Made by a program: the position numbers and the translations under genes
Notes under the pieces: generated by a model
Databases searched by the model: none
What the model was told of the DNA's origin: nothing
The model's input: only the letters and a program-made list of their open reading frames with translations
Shown here: piece by piece, positions 46,364-58,943 of the stretch
How positions within the stretch are numbered: position 1 is the first letter of the stretch
How the letters are laid out: each line of letters starts with the position of its first letter
Origin: Phycisphaerae bacterium
GTDB taxonomy: Bacteria; Planctomycetota; Phycisphaerae; UBA1845; Fen-1342
Length of the DNA: 64,000 bases
Direction of reading: 5' to 3'
Assembly (NCBI GenBank): GCA_050115495.1
Contig: JASFQK010000011.1
Location: forward strand, 64,001-128,000

Positions 46364-47767
46364 TCAGGGTTTCGGCGGGGAGCCGAGGCGCATGATGGCT
46401 TCGGGGGTGAGGAGTTGGTCGAACTCGGATTCGGTGAGCAGGCCGCGGGCGAGGATGAGTTGGCGGATTGTCTTGTGCTCCGCGCGGGCGGTGGCGGCGA
46501 GGTCCTGGACGGCGGCGTAGCCGAGGGTGCCGACCAGAGCCGTGGCTACCGCCGTTGAGCTTTCGACATGTTGGCGGCAACGCTGCTCGTCGGCCTCGAT
46601 ACCGTCGACGCACAGCCGCCGGAAGATCGAGCAGGCGTTGGTCAGCAGGCCGAGGTTGTCCAGCAGGGTGCAGGCGACGAGCGGCAGGAAGGCGTTCAGT
46701 TCGAGCGAGCCGAGCCCGCAGGCGTGAGCGATCGCCTGGTCCTGCGCCATGACGAGCAGGGCGGCTTGCGAGACAGCCTCGGGAGTGACCGGGTTGACCT
46801 TGCCGGGCATGATGGACGAGCCGGCCTGGCGAGGCGGCAGGCGGATTTCGCCGAGCCCGCCGTCCGGACCGGACGCCAGCAGTCGCAGGTCGCCGGCGAC
46901 TTTGAGCAGATTGGCGGCGCAGGCTTTGAGAATGCCGCTGACTTCGACGAAGACGTCGGCGTTCTGCGTGGCTTCGACGAGGTTCTCGGCGCGGGCGAGA
47001 CCGAGGCCGGTCAGCTCGCGCAGGTGTTCGACCACGCGGAAGATGTACTGCCGCGGGGCGCCGAGGCCGGTGCCGATGGCGGTGCCGCCGAGGTTGACGA
47101 CGCGCAGCCGCTCCTCGCACTTGTACACCCGCCAGCGGTCGCGGCTGAACGCCTCGGCGTACGTGCCCATCTCGCGGCCGAGCGTGGTGAGCACGGCGTC
47201 CTGATACTGCGTCCGCCCGATCTTCACGATGTGGGCGAACTCCCGCTCCTTCACCTGCCACGCTTCGACCAGGGCGACGAGGGCGGCCTCGAGGTCGCGC
47301 AGCCGCCAGATGGCCGCGACGCGCAGGGCCGTCGGGAACGTGTCGTTCGTCGACTGGTGACGGTTGAGATCGTCGAGCGGGCTGATGCACTCGCAGTCGC
47401 CCAGTGGGCGGCCGAGTAGCGTGAGGGCCCGGTTGGCCAGGACCTCGTTGACGTTCATGTTCAGCGACGTGCCGGCCCCGCCCTGCAACGCGTCGACGAC
47501 GATGTGGGCGTCGAGCTGCCCGTCCATCATCTCGCGGCAGGCGGTCTCGATGGCGTCGGCGGTGGCGTCATCCCAGCCGCCGAGTTCGCGGTTCGTCCGG
47601 GCCGCCGCCAGCTTGACGGCACCGTAGGCGTGGATGAGCTCGGGGGCGACGCGCCGGCCGCTGAGCGGGAAGTTCTCGATGGCCCGCTCGGTGCAGATGC
47701 CGTGCAGCGCTTCGGCCGGCACGGGCTTCTCACCCAGCAGGTCCCGTTCTGTGCGGTGTGTCCCCAT
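46364..47767 (-). CDS. aspA: Aspartate ammonia-lyase
   Basis: RTERDLLG, QGGAGTSLNMN, HQSTNDTFP and GSSIMPGKVNP motifs. Confidence 0.93.
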   Translation of the reverse strand: MGTHRTERDLLGEKPVPAEALHGICTERAIENFPLSGRRVAPELIHAYGAVKLAAARTNRELGGWDDATADAIETACREMMDGQLDAHIVVDALQGGAGTSLNMNVNEVLANRALTLLGRPLGDCECISPLDDLNRHQSTNDTFPTALRVAAIWRLRDLEAALVALVEAWQVKEREFAHIVKIGRTQYQDAVLTTLGREMGTYAEAFSRDRWRVYKCEERLRVVNLGGTAIGTGLGAPRQYIFRVVEHLRELTGLGLARAENLVEATQNADVFVEVSGILKACAANLLKVAGDLRLLASGPDGGLGEIRLPPRQAGSSIMPGKVNPVTPEAVSQAALLVMAQDQAIAHACGLGSLELNAFLPLVACTLLDNLGLLTNACSIFRRLCVDGIEADEQRCRQHVESSTAVATALVGTLGYAAVQDLAATARAEHKTIRQLILARGLLTESEFDQLLTPEAIMRLGSPPKP

Positions 47768-47777
47768 GAAGCCTGCG

Positions 47778-49208
47778 TCAGAAGTACAGGTCGCGGTCGT
47801 CCGTTTCACGTATGCGGCGGAGCCGGTCGAGGAGCTGAGTCTTGAGCTTCTGGTCGGTCATCTGCTCGATCTCGGCGGTGATGAGCTTCTCGCCGGCGGC
47901 TCGCGTCTCCTCGCTGGCGTAATCGGTCAGGTATTCCATGAGCGTGCTGATGGCGTTCGGCGTGCAGAAGCGTTTGATGAAGCCGGGGATGGCGAACTCC
48001 ATGAAGTGCTCGCCGGTGCGGCCGAGGCGGTAGCACGCCGTGCAGAAGCTGGGCAGATAGCCGTCCTGGATCAGCTCGCGCATGACCACGTCGAGCGGGC
48101 GAATGTCGCCGAGCTCGAACTGCTCCTTCTCGGTCATCTGCACCTGGGCGTCGCCGGCCTCGGTGTAGCCACCGAGCTCGATCCGGCTGCCGGCGTCGAT
48201 CTGCGAAACGCCGAACGCCATGACCTCCCTGCGTAACTGTGGGTTCTCGCGGGCGGTGAGGATGAGGCCGGTGTAGGGCACGGCCAGCCGCAGGATGGCG
48301 ATGAGGCGCTTGAAGTCGTGGTCATCGACCAGGTGGCTCTCGTCGAGGTGCACGCCCTGTGCCGGCCGCAGCCGCGGGAAACTGATGGTGTGCGGGCCGA
48401 CGTGGTAGCGCTCCTGCAAGTACTGGGCGTGCCGGACGAGCCCGAGCACCTCGAACCGCCAGTCGTACAGGCCGAACAGCACGCCGACGCCGACGTCGTC
48501 GATGCCGGCTTCCTGGGCGCGGCTGAGGGCGTCGAGTCGGTAGAGGTAGTTGCCCTTGCGCGTGTTGGCCGGGTGGCAGTGGGCGTACGTCGCGTGGTGG
48601 TACGTTTCCTGGAACACCTGGTACGTGCCGATGCCTGCCTCTTTGACGCGGCGATAGCCCTCGACGTCGAGTGGGGCGGCGTTGATGTTCAGCCGGCGGA
48701 TCTCGCCGCGGCCGATTTTCGTCTCGTAGATCAGCTTCACGCAGTCGTGGATGAAGTCGGCGTCGTAGCGCGGATGCTCGCCGAAGACGACAATCAGCCG
48801 CTTGTGGCCCTTGTTCTCCAACGCTTCGACCTGCCGGCGGATCTCGTCCATGTTGAGCGTCCGGCGGACGGCATCGGGGTTCGACCGGCGGAAGGCGCAG
48901 TAGGCGCAGTCGTTGACGCAGTGGTTGCCGATGTAGAGCGGGGCGAAGAGGACGATCCGGTTGCCGTATACCCGCTTCTTCAGGTCGCGGGCGGCGGAGA
49001 AGATCTCCTCGACCAGCTCGGGATCGTCGGCGGTCAGCAGCACCGCGGTCTCTTCGATCGACAGCGCCTGCTTGTCGAGGCTCTTGGCGATGATCTCGCG
49101 CACGTGGCCGGCGTCGGGCCGCGGCCCGGCCAGCAGACTCAATAGGTGGGGTTCGTCGATGAAATCGACAGCCCCTTCACTCAACGTCATTGGTGCCATC
49201 GTACTCAT
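47778..49208 (-). CDS. hydG: [FeFe]-hydrogenase maturation radical SAM protein
   Basis: FAPLY..CVNDCAYC, FQETYH, HTISFPR and C-terminal FCTACYR..FC. Confidence 0.97.
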   Translation of the reverse strand: MSTMAPMTLSEGAVDFIDEPHLLSLLAGPRPDAGHVREIIAKSLDKQALSIEETAVLLTADDPELVEEIFSAARDLKKRVYGNRIVLFAPLYIGNHCVNDCAYCAFRRSNPDAVRRTLNMDEIRRQVEALENKGHKRLIVVFGEHPRYDADFIHDCVKLIYETKIGRGEIRRLNINAAPLDVEGYRRVKEAGIGTYQVFQETYHHATYAHCHPANTRKGNYLYRLDALSRAQEAGIDDVGVGVLFGLYDWRFEVLGLVRHAQYLQERYHVGPHTISFPRLRPAQGVHLDESHLVDDHDFKRLIAILRLAVPYTGLILTARENPQLRREVMAFGVSQIDAGSRIELGGYTEAGDAQVQMTEKEQFELGDIRPLDVVMRELIQDGYLPSFCTACYRLGRTGEHFMEFAIPGFIKRFCTPNAISTLMEYLTDYASEETRAAGEKLITAEIEQMTDQKLKTQLLDRLRRIRETDDRDLYF

Positions 49209-49209
49209 A

Positions 49210-50292
49210 TCAGCATCCCGCACCGCCCGGCGAAGGAGCACCGGTCGGCGATACATCACGCCGCCGGCGGTTCGGCGAGTCGCCGCGCCCTGTACCCACC
49301 GTGCGCTCCATGGATTCTATGCGCCCGCGCAGGCAAAGCTGGCAACACTCGGCGGTTTCGTTCAAGCATGCCTTATCGGGATAAATCTCGTACAGGCAGC
49401 GGTACTCCGGCGGTGTCGCGTTCGGCATCACCACGTTCGCCCCGCGGCTCAGCCCAAGCTCGCGGCCGGATTCCTTGTTCAACGTCGCCAGGGCCGTCGT
49501 GCTCGGGATGTTCGCGAACGGGCAGACCAGCCGGGCCAGGGCCAGGACCTTGTACGTCATCAGCTCGTCCGCCGGCACCTGGTCCGCCACCGGCTCCGGC
49601 GGCGCCTGCGCGAGCGGCGTGTCCGGGTGGGCGATGTACGGACCGACGCCGATCATGTCCAGATCGAGCCGGCGGAACCATTCAATATCGTCAGCGAGGC
49701 TGTCAAACGTCTGACCGGGGATGCCGATCATCACGCCGCTGCCGACCTCGTAACCAAGGTCTCTCAGGACGTTGAGCAGGGCGAGCCGGTCAAAGGTCCG
49801 ACCTGGCCGGGGCGGGTGGATTCGGTCATATAGTGTCCGATTCGACGTCTCGAAACGCAGCAGGTAGCGGTCCGCGCCGGCTTCGCGCCAGGTGGCGAGC
49901 GTCTGCTCGTTCTGCTCGCCGAGGCTGAGCGTCACGGCGACGGGCAATTCGTTCTTGATCCGTCGGACGAGATCGGCGACCCACTTCTCGGTGAGCTGCG
50001 GGTCCTCGCCGGCCTGGAGCACAACGGTGCCGTAGTCGAAGCTGGCGGCAGCGCGAGCCGCGGTGAGGACTTCGTCGATCGTCATGCGATAACGAGCGAG
50101 GGACGTGTTCGGCGCCCGCAGACCGCAATAGGCGCAACTGCGCACGCAATGGTTGGAGATCTCGATCAGCCCGCGCAGGTAGACCGCCGGGCCGACGTGC
50201 CGGCGGCGGACGTCGTCCGCCCGCTGCCAAAGCGTCTCTAGCCGCTGGGGGTCAGTTTCGCGAAGCCAGTTCAGGACCTCGTCCCGTTGCAT
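49210..50292 (-). CDS. hydE: [FeFe]-hydrogenase maturation radical SAM protein
   Basis: RGLIEISNHCVRSCAYCG, YLLRFET, IPSTTAL, GANVVMPN and YEIYP motifs. Confidence 0.96.
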   Translation of the reverse strand: MQRDEVLNWLRETDPQRLETLWQRADDVRRRHVGPAVYLRGLIEISNHCVRSCAYCGLRAPNTSLARYRMTIDEVLTAARAAASFDYGTVVLQAGEDPQLTEKWVADLVRRIKNELPVAVTLSLGEQNEQTLATWREAGADRYLLRFETSNRTLYDRIHPPRPGRTFDRLALLNVLRDLGYEVGSGVMIGIPGQTFDSLADDIEWFRRLDLDMIGVGPYIAHPDTPLAQAPPEPVADQVPADELMTYKVLALARLVCPFANIPSTTALATLNKESGRELGLSRGANVVMPNATPPEYRCLYEIYPDKACLNETAECCQLCLRGRIESMERTVGTGRGDSPNRRRRDVSPTGAPSPGGAGC

Positions 50293-51439
50293 CGTTCATT
50301 CCCGGGGGGCTGTAGTCCCGCTGGAGGATCACGGTGAACGTGCTGCCTACCTCGGGCTCGCTCTGCACGTCCACGTCGCCGCCGTACATGAGGGCCAGCT
50401 TCTTCACCAGCGACAGGCCCAGACCGCTGCCGGGGATGTTGCGTGTGCGGGCGTTGCTGATGCGCACGAAGTCGTGGAAGAGGCGGGCGGCTTCCTGAGG
50501 CGAGAGGCCGATGCCGGTGTCGCTCACTTCGATGGTGATGCGCTGCTCGTCGCCGGTGACGCGGATGTTCGCCTTGCCGCCTTTGCGGTTGTACTTGACG
50601 GCGTTGGTCAGGAGATTGTTGAAGATGATCTCGATTTCGCCGCGATCGGCCCGCAGGTTCAGGTCCGCCGGGCAATCGACGTGCAGCTCGATTTCCTGGT
50701 CGGCGGCGGCGGGGCGGACGGTCTCGATGGCCGACTCGGCCACCTCGTGCAGGCTGACCGTGGTGAGCGTGCGGCCCTTTTCGCCGGACTCGATACGGGT
50801 CATGTCCAGCAGGTCGAAGATGAGCTTGCGCATGCCCTCGCCGCGAAGCAGGCAGCGCTCGACCACCTGGTCGTAGGCGCTGAGGTCGGTGCCGAGGGCG
50901 CGGTCGCGGATGATGTTGAGGTAGCCCTCGATGGCAGCCAGTGGGGCCTTCAACTCGTGGCCGAGAACGGAGATGAACTCGAAGCGGACGCGGCGTTTCT
51001 CGGCGGCCAGCTTGCGGGCTTGTCGCTGCACCACGAGATGAGCGGCGGCCTTGCGGATAGTCTCGCGCAGCTCCTCGGGCGTGAACGGCTTGGCCAGGAA
51101 ATCGAACGCGCCGGACTTCGTCGCGCGGATGGCGGTTTCCAGCGTGGCGAACGCCGTGATCATGATGGTGAGCACGTCTGTTTCGCGTTCGTGGAGGCGT
51201 TCGAGGACGTCGACGCCGGTGATGCCGCTCATCTTGTGGTCGAGCAGCATGATGTCCGGGGCGGCGGCGGCGATCTTCTGGAGCGCTTCCTCGCCGCTGC
51301 CGGCCGGCGTCACCTCGAAGCGGACCTCGCCCTCGACGTCGGGCAGGTGCACGTGGAAGGTTTGCAGGGCGCGGCCCACCGCGTGACGCATGCCGGCTTC
51401 ATCGTCCACGACCAGTACGTGCAGCGTGTCCATCCTCAT
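50252..51439 (-). CDS. Cytoplasmic hybrid REC-histidine kinase
   Basis: VVDDE..LLDHKM..KPF, then HELKAP, NAVKYN, DTGIG and GSGLGL. Confidence 0.94.
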   Translation of the reverse strand: MRMDTLHVLVVDDEAGMRHAVGRALQTFHVHLPDVEGEVRFEVTPAGSGEEALQKIAAAAPDIMLLDHKMSGITGVDVLERLHERETDVLTIMITAFATLETAIRATKSGAFDFLAKPFTPEELRETIRKAAAHLVVQRQARKLAAEKRRVRFEFISVLGHELKAPLAAIEGYLNIIRDRALGTDLSAYDQVVERCLLRGEGMRKLIFDLLDMTRIESGEKGRTLTTVSLHEVAESAIETVRPAAADQEIELHVDCPADLNLRADRGEIEIIFNNLLTNAVKYNRKGGKANIRVTGDEQRITIEVSDTGIGLSPQEAARLFHDFVRISNARTRNIPGSGLGLSLVKKLALMYGGDVDVQSEPEVGSTFTVILQRDYSPPGMNDATGRGPELASRN

Positions 51440-51825
51440 TCGTCCTTGAGCAGACGCTGGATCTCGCGCTGGAGCTGCTCGAAGCGCACCGGTTTGGCCA
51501 GCAGCCCATCCGCCTTGATCCAGGCCCGTTCCTCGTCCGTCTCGGCGTCGAAGCTCAAACCCGTTGCCGTGGCCACCGCGGTGACCATGATGACCGGCAG
51601 GTCTGGGTGATCCCGCTTGATCTGGTAGCACAGCGTGAAGCCGGCGTCGGGCTGCTCGAGCATCAGGTCCACCACCACGATGTCGGGCTTCCGGCGGCCC
51701 AGGAGCTCGCGGGCGGCCGTGGCCGTCTCGGCGAGCAGCACCTTGTAGTCGGCGGCCTCAAGCTGGATGCGCATCTGCGTTTGAAAATCCACGTCGTCGT
51801 CGACAACCAGTACCGTATGTGCCAT
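51436..51825 (-). CDS. Single-domain response regulator
   Basis: VVDDD, VVDLML, MVTA and AKP motifs. Confidence 0.92.
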   Translation of the reverse strand: MAHTVLVVDDDVDFQTQMRIQLEAADYKVLLAETATAARELLGRRKPDIVVVDLMLEQPDAGFTLCYQIKRDHPDLPVIMVTAVATATGLSFDAETDEERAWIKADGLLAKPVRFEQLQREIQRLLKDE

Positions 51826-51890
51826 GCGTTGCTCTCACTGACCTTGGGCAGCAGGCCGTGCCGCTGCACCGGGATGACTCTGCAAGTACT

Positions 51891-53924
<2,034 letters not shown>

Positions 53925-54013
53925 GTCGTTTCTCTCAGCGTCTCCGGGGGCCCGTGGGCCTGGCCGGCGTCGGCTCAACCTCGATCCGCCGGCTGTTCCG
54001 GGAATCCATCATG

Positions 54014-55735
54014 TTAACGCACCACCTCGCGGGCGTGGTAATGCGTGTGCAGCAATTCGTGGCTCTTCTCGCCGAGCGGCTCGCCGAGATACTCGGCGTA
54101 CAGCCGCTGCACCGACGCGTTCTGGTGGGCGGTGCGCAGCGGAGCGTCACGGTCGATTTTGTACAGGGCGTCCATGCGGGCTCGCAGCGCGGCCTGATCG
54201 GCACCCACCGGCTGACCGCCGCCGGCGATGCAGCCGCCCGGACAGGTCATCACCTCGACGAAGTGCAGGTTGTGCTCGTCGTCGCGAATCTGTTCGAGCA
54301 GCCGCCCGGCGTTGGCCAGACCGCTGACGACGGCCACGTTCAGCTTGACGTCGCCGACCTTCACGGTGGCCTGCTTCACGCCGTTGAGTCCGCGCAGAGC
54401 CTTGAGCTTCAACACGGGCAGCTCGTCCCCGGTAAGCAGATGGTAGGCCGTGCGTACGGCGGCCTCCATCACGCCGCCGGTGGCGCCGAAGAGCTTGCCG
54501 GCGGAACTGCGTTCGCCGAAGGGATTATCGGCCGTCTCGGGCTTGAGTTGCCGCAGATCGAGGCTGCGCTGCCGGATGATGCGGGCCAGTTCGCGCGTGG
54601 TCAGGACGGCGTCGACATCGGCCAGACCGTGCCGCGTCAGCTCCGTGCGGCCGGCTTCGAACTTCTTCGCCGTACAGGGCATCACCGCGACGCTGTAGAT
54701 CTTCGCGGGGTCGAGGCCCTGCTGCTCGGCGTAGAACGTCTTGACCAGGGCACCGAGCATCTGCTGCGGGCTCTTGCAGGTGGAGAGGTTGCCCACGAAG
54801 TCGGGGGCGAATTCCTCGACGTACTTGATCCAGCCGGGCGAGCAGCTCGTCAGCAGTGGCAGACGGCCGCCGGTCTTGATGCGGTAGATCAGCTCGGACG
54901 CCTCTTCCATCACGGTCAGGTCGGCGGCGAACGAGGTCTCAAAGACGCGCTCGAAGCCGAGCCGTCGCAGGGCCGCCGTCAGCCGCCCGCAGATGTCCGT
55001 GCCGGGCTTGAGGCCGAATTCCTCGGCGAGACTGACGGAGACGGCGGGGGCGTGCTGAATCACGACGTGCTGATCGGGATGGTTGAGAGCTTCGAGCACT
55101 TCCTTGATGTGGCTCTGCTCGGTGAGGGCCCCGGTCGGGCAGGCCATGATGCACTGGCCGCAGTTGATGCAGCTCGAGACGTTCAGGCCCTGATCGAAGG
55201 CGGTGCCGACGTAGGTCTGGCTGCCGCGCTTGAGGAAGTCGATGGCGGCCACGCCCTGGATTTCCTCGCAGACGCGGACGCACTTGCCGCAGAGGATGCA
55301 CTTCGACGGGTCGCGCACGATCGAGGCGCTGGACAGGTCGGCGTGCCGTTCGGGCTTGTTGCCGAAGTAGCGGCGCTGCCGGACGCCGAGCTCGGCGGCC
55401 AGTGACTGGAGCGTGCAGTTGTTGTTGCGGATGCAGTAGAGGCAGTCGTCGGGGTGGTTGGCCAGCAGCAGCTCGACGATCGTCTTGCGGGCCCGTACGG
55501 CGCGCGGCGAGTGCGTCTGCACCTTCATGCCGGGGGCCACGGGGAACGCGCAGCTCGGCACGAGGTTGCGCTGCCCTTCGATCTCGACGACGCACAGCCG
55601 GCAGGCACCGGTGGGGGTGAGGTTTTCCAGGTTGCACAGGGTGGGAACGTTGATGCCCGCCCGCCGCATGGCCGTCAGCAGCATCTCGCCGGGCCGGGCC
55701 TGGATCGGACGGTTGTTGACTTCGATGGTGATCAC
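54014..55735 (-). CDS. hydA: [FeFe]-hydrogenase group A catalytic subunit (cluster 1)
   Basis: TSCSPGW, MPCTAKKFE and EVMTCPGGCIAGGGQP plus F-clusters. Confidence 0.97.
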   Translation of the reverse strand: MITIEVNNRPIQARPGEMLLTAMRRAGINVPTLCNLENLTPTGACRLCVVEIEGQRNLVPSCAFPVAPGMKVQTHSPRAVRARKTIVELLLANHPDDCLYCIRNNNCTLQSLAAELGVRQRRYFGNKPERHADLSSASIVRDPSKCILCGKCVRVCEEIQGVAAIDFLKRGSQTYVGTAFDQGLNVSSCINCGQCIMACPTGALTEQSHIKEVLEALNHPDQHVVIQHAPAVSVSLAEEFGLKPGTDICGRLTAALRRLGFERVFETSFAADLTVMEEASELIYRIKTGGRLPLLTSCSPGWIKYVEEFAPDFVGNLSTCKSPQQMLGALVKTFYAEQQGLDPAKIYSVAVMPCTAKKFEAGRTELTRHGLADVDAVLTTRELARIIRQRSLDLRQLKPETADNPFGERSSAGKLFGATGGVMEAAVRTAYHLLTGDELPVLKLKALRGLNGVKQATVKVGDVKLNVAVVSGLANAGRLLEQIRDDEHNLHFVEVMTCPGGCIAGGGQPVGADQAALRARMDALYKIDRDAPLRTAHQNASVQRLYAEYLGEPLGEKSHELLHTHYHAREVVR

Positions 55736-55751
55736 TTCTGGCTCCGATCAG

Positions 55752-57788
55752 TTATTCGGCGATGACGGCGCCCAGGCGGCAGGCCTGCACGCAGGAGCCG
55801 CACCCGAGGCATTTCTCTTCGACGATGTAATGCGGGCTCTTGGGGGCGCCCATGATCGCTTCCGCAGGGCAGGCCTTGGCGCAGACGGTGCACCCGCGGC
55901 ACTTGTCCGGGTCGATGCGGTAATGCAGGAGTTCGGTGCAGACGCCCGCCGGGCACTTACGCTCGAAGATGTGCGCTTCGTACTCGTCACGGAACCAGCG
56001 CAGCGTGCTGAGCACGGGGTTCGGGGCCGACTGGCCGAGACCGCAGAGGCTGGTGTCCTTGATGACCTCCGCCAGACGCGTCAGGTACATCACGCCCTTG
56101 AATCGCTCCAGGGCGTGATAGCCGGTCTCGCTCCGGCGGGACCGGGTGATGGCCTGGAGGATCTCGAGCATGTGCCGCGTGCCTTCGCGGCAGGGGATGC
56201 ACTTGCCGCAGCTCTCGCGCTGGATGAAGTCCATGAAGAACTTGGCCACGTCGACCATGCAGTTGTCTTCATCCATGACGACCAGGCCGCCGGAGCCCAT
56301 CATGGCCCCGACGGTCTTCAGCGACTCGTAGTCGATCTCGATGTCGAGGTGCGAGGTGGGGATGCAGCCGCCGGAGGGGCCGCCGATCTGCGCCGCCTTG
56401 AAGGCCTTGCCGTCAGCCGGGCCGCCGCCGATGTCGAGGACGATCTGGCGAACCGACGTCCCCATGGCGACTTCGACTAGGCCGGTGCGCTGGACCTTGC
56501 CGGACAGGGCGAAGACCTTCGTGCCCTTGCTGCTGGCGGTGCCGACGGCGGCGAAGGCCTCGGCGCCCATGCCGACCAGGGCCGGCAGGTTGGCCAGCGT
56601 CTCGACGTTGTTGATGACGGTCGGCTTGGCGAACAGGCCGCTGACGGCGGGGAAAGGGGGCCGTGGCCGGGGCATGCCCCGCCGGCCCTCGATGCTGTTG
56701 ATCAGGGCGGTCTCTTCACCGCAGACGAACGCACCGGCACCCTGCTTGATGATGATGCGCAGGTTCGAGCCGCTGCCGAGGACGTTCTCGCCGAGCAGGC
56801 CGTAGTGCTCGGCCTGTTCGATGGCCCGTTCGAGCATGGCGATGGCGAGCGGATACTCGGCGCGGATGTAGACGTAAGCCTTGGTGGCGCCGATGGCGTA
56901 GGCGGCGATGCCGATGCCCTCGACGAGGCGATGCGGGTCACCCTCGATCACGGCGCGGTCCATGAATGCGCCGGGGTCGCCCTCGTCGGCGTTGCAGATC
57001 AGGTACTTCTGATAGCCAGGCGTGTTCAGGGCGATGCGCCACTTGCGGCCGGTCGGGAAACCGCCGCCGCCGCGACCACGCAGGCCGCTGGTCTCGACGA
57101 TGTCGCACAGCTCGGTGCGGGTCATCTTGCGCAGGACGCGGGCGAAGGCCTGGTAGCCGCCGCGGGCGAGGTATTCGTCGATGCTGCGCGGGTCGATCAG
57201 GCCACAGTTGCGCAGGACCCAGCGGGTCTGCGGGCGGAAGAAGGGGTGCTCGTCGAGGTAGGGCACGTCGGCCCAGGGCTGGAGCACGTCGGTGCCCGCC
57301 TTGGCGTCGTCCACCGGCGGGGTGGGGTGGAACTGACCGATGACGCCTTCGGCCGGGACCTTGCCCGCCAGGAGGGCGTCGAGCACGTCGGGGACGCGGT
57401 CGGCCGTGACGCGCTCGCATGAGACGCGCGTGCGGCCGGGCAACTGCACGTCGAGCAGCGGTTCCGCCGAACACAGGCCGATGCAGCCGACCTCAACGAC
57501 GTCGGCCTGGACCTTCCGCTGCTTGAGATAGTCGCCGACGGCCTCGAGCGTTCGGCCGGCGCCGGCACCGAGGCCGCACGTTCCGGCCCCGATGAAGATT
57601 GCGGGCCGGCTGAGCACGTCGCGGCGCAGGCGGGTCATCTGCGTCCGCCAGGCCTTCCCCTCAGGACCGTGGCCATTCACGCGATGGCCGTTGTCCTGAC
57701 ACAATACATCGATCACCTGGTGTGGCCGCAGACCGCAGACGGCCGCGGCACCCTCGCTCGTTTCCAGAGCGCTTTCACTCGCTGGCAT
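55752..57788 (-). CDS. hydB: HydB/NuoF-like FMN/NADH subunit with N-terminal Trx-like [2Fe-2S] and C-terminal 2x[4Fe-4S]
   Basis: NADEGDPGAFMDR, GGPSGG, SCGKCIPCR, HI..CPAGVC, CRGCTVCAKACP and CLGCGSCVQAC. Confidence 0.95.
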   Translation of the reverse strand: MPASESALETSEGAAAVCGLRPHQVIDVLCQDNGHRVNGHGPEGKAWRTQMTRLRRDVLSRPAIFIGAGTCGLGAGAGRTLEAVGDYLKQRKVQADVVEVGCIGLCSAEPLLDVQLPGRTRVSCERVTADRVPDVLDALLAGKVPAEGVIGQFHPTPPVDDAKAGTDVLQPWADVPYLDEHPFFRPQTRWVLRNCGLIDPRSIDEYLARGGYQAFARVLRKMTRTELCDIVETSGLRGRGGGGFPTGRKWRIALNTPGYQKYLICNADEGDPGAFMDRAVIEGDPHRLVEGIGIAAYAIGATKAYVYIRAEYPLAIAMLERAIEQAEHYGLLGENVLGSGSNLRIIIKQGAGAFVCGEETALINSIEGRRGMPRPRPPFPAVSGLFAKPTVINNVETLANLPALVGMGAEAFAAVGTASSKGTKVFALSGKVQRTGLVEVAMGTSVRQIVLDIGGGPADGKAFKAAQIGGPSGGCIPTSHLDIEIDYESLKTVGAMMGSGGLVVMDEDNCMVDVAKFFMDFIQRESCGKCIPCREGTRHMLEILQAITRSRRSETGYHALERFKGVMYLTRLAEVIKDTSLCGLGQSAPNPVLSTLRWFRDEYEAHIFERKCPAGVCTELLHYRIDPDKCRGCTVCAKACPAEAIMGAPKSPHYIVEEKCLGCGSCVQACRLGAVIAE

Positions 57789-58308
57789 GTTGTCCCTGCA
57801 CTTCCTTGGACGGCTCGGCGGCAACTTTGCTTCGTGCCGCAGTGGCGGCCGGCTTGCCGTATTGCTTCAGAATGCGCTGCACGCTGTCCGGGGTGACCGC
57901 GGCATGGAAGTCGCCGTTGACCGTGATGACCGGCGACAGGCCGCAGGCTCCGATGCAGGCTACGACTTCGAGGCTGTACTTGCCGTCGCGCGTCGTCTGG
58001 CCCGGCTCGATCTTTAGGAGCTGCTGCGTCGCCTGGAGCACGGCGGCTGAGCCCTTCACGTGGCAGGCGGTGCCGCGGCAGACCTGGCAGTGCACCTGGC
58101 CGCGCGGCTGGAACCGGAACTGGTTGTAGAACGTGGCCACGCCGTAGACCTTGCTCACCGGCAGGTGCAGGCGCTGGCCGATCTGCTCCATGGCCTCGCG
58201 CGACAGGTAGCCCTCGCGGTCCTGGACCGCCTGCAAGACGGGGATCAGGTGCTCGCGTCGCGCGTCGGGATACTGACTGAGGACGCTCTCGACTTCGGTG
58301 GATTTCAT
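57775..58308 (-). CDS. hydC: HydC/NuoE-like [2Fe-2S] subunit (cluster 1)
   Basis: VCRGTACHVKG and CIGACGLSP motifs. Confidence 0.94.
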   Translation of the reverse strand: MKSTEVESVLSQYPDARREHLIPVLQAVQDREGYLSREAMEQIGQRLHLPVSKVYGVATFYNQFRFQPRGQVHCQVCRGTACHVKGSAAVLQATQQLLKIEPGQTTRDGKYSLEVVACIGACGLSPVITVNGDFHAAVTPDSVQRILKQYGKPAATAARSKVAAEPSKEVQGQHASE

Positions 58309-58943
58309 TCGCGGGACTCCGCAGGCTTCGCCGTCGGTCGCGTGAAGAACACCAGCTTTTCAAGCGAGGCGGCGATATCGACGTCTTCGACGAACACGTC
58401 CGGCGGCACGTGCAGCCGGACGGGAGTGAAGTTCAACAGGCCGCGCACCCCGGCCCGGACGAGGCGGTCAGCCGTGTCCTGGGCGGCGTCGATGGGCACG
58501 GCCACGACGGCAACGGACACGGGGCCGGCGCGGAGGATGTCCTCCATTTCGCTGGCCGAGTAGCAGCGGCAACCGTCGATGATCCGCCCGACTTTCTCGG
58601 GCGCGACGTCGAAGGCGGCCACAACCGGCAGCTCGGGGTGAACGCGGCTGAGGTACTTGAGAATGGCTCGGCCGAGGTAGCCGAGGCCGACGAGGACGAT
58701 GGCTTCGTTGTCCGCCGGATCGAGCAGCTCGTCGATGCGGGCGATCAGGCCGGCGACGTCGTAGCCGCGGGCGGGACTGCCGGTGAAGCCGATGGTCATG
58801 AGGTCGCGGCGGACCAGTACCGGCGTAACGTTGTGAAGACTGGCCAGCTCATGGGAGTAGATGCGGGCCCGGCCCTGGTCGAGCCATCGGCGCAGGTGTC
58901 GACGGTAGGCACAGAGACGTTCGACAATTCGGACAGGAATCAT
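58305..58943 (-). CDS. rex: Redox-sensing transcriptional repressor Rex
   Basis: RLCAYRR..SHELA..VRRDL..G..GY wHTH; VGLGYLGRA Rossmann motif; LLNFTP. Confidence 0.94.
   Translation of the reverse strand: MIPVRIVERLCAYRRHLRRWLDQGRARIYSHELASLHNVTPVLVRRDLMTIGFTGSPARGYDVAGLIARIDELLDPADNEAIVLVGLGYLGRAILKYLSRVHPELPVVAAFDVAPEKVGRIIDGCRCYSASEMEDILRAGPVSVAVVAVPIDAAQDTADRLVRAGVRGLLNFTPVRLHVPPDVFVEDVDIAASLEKLVFFTRPTAKPAESRE

Noticed and set aside
50252..50292. 41-bp overlap of the hybrid kinase with hydE as a frameshift or recoding site
   Set aside because: Both proteins are complete, and the overlap is only a short non-conserved tail
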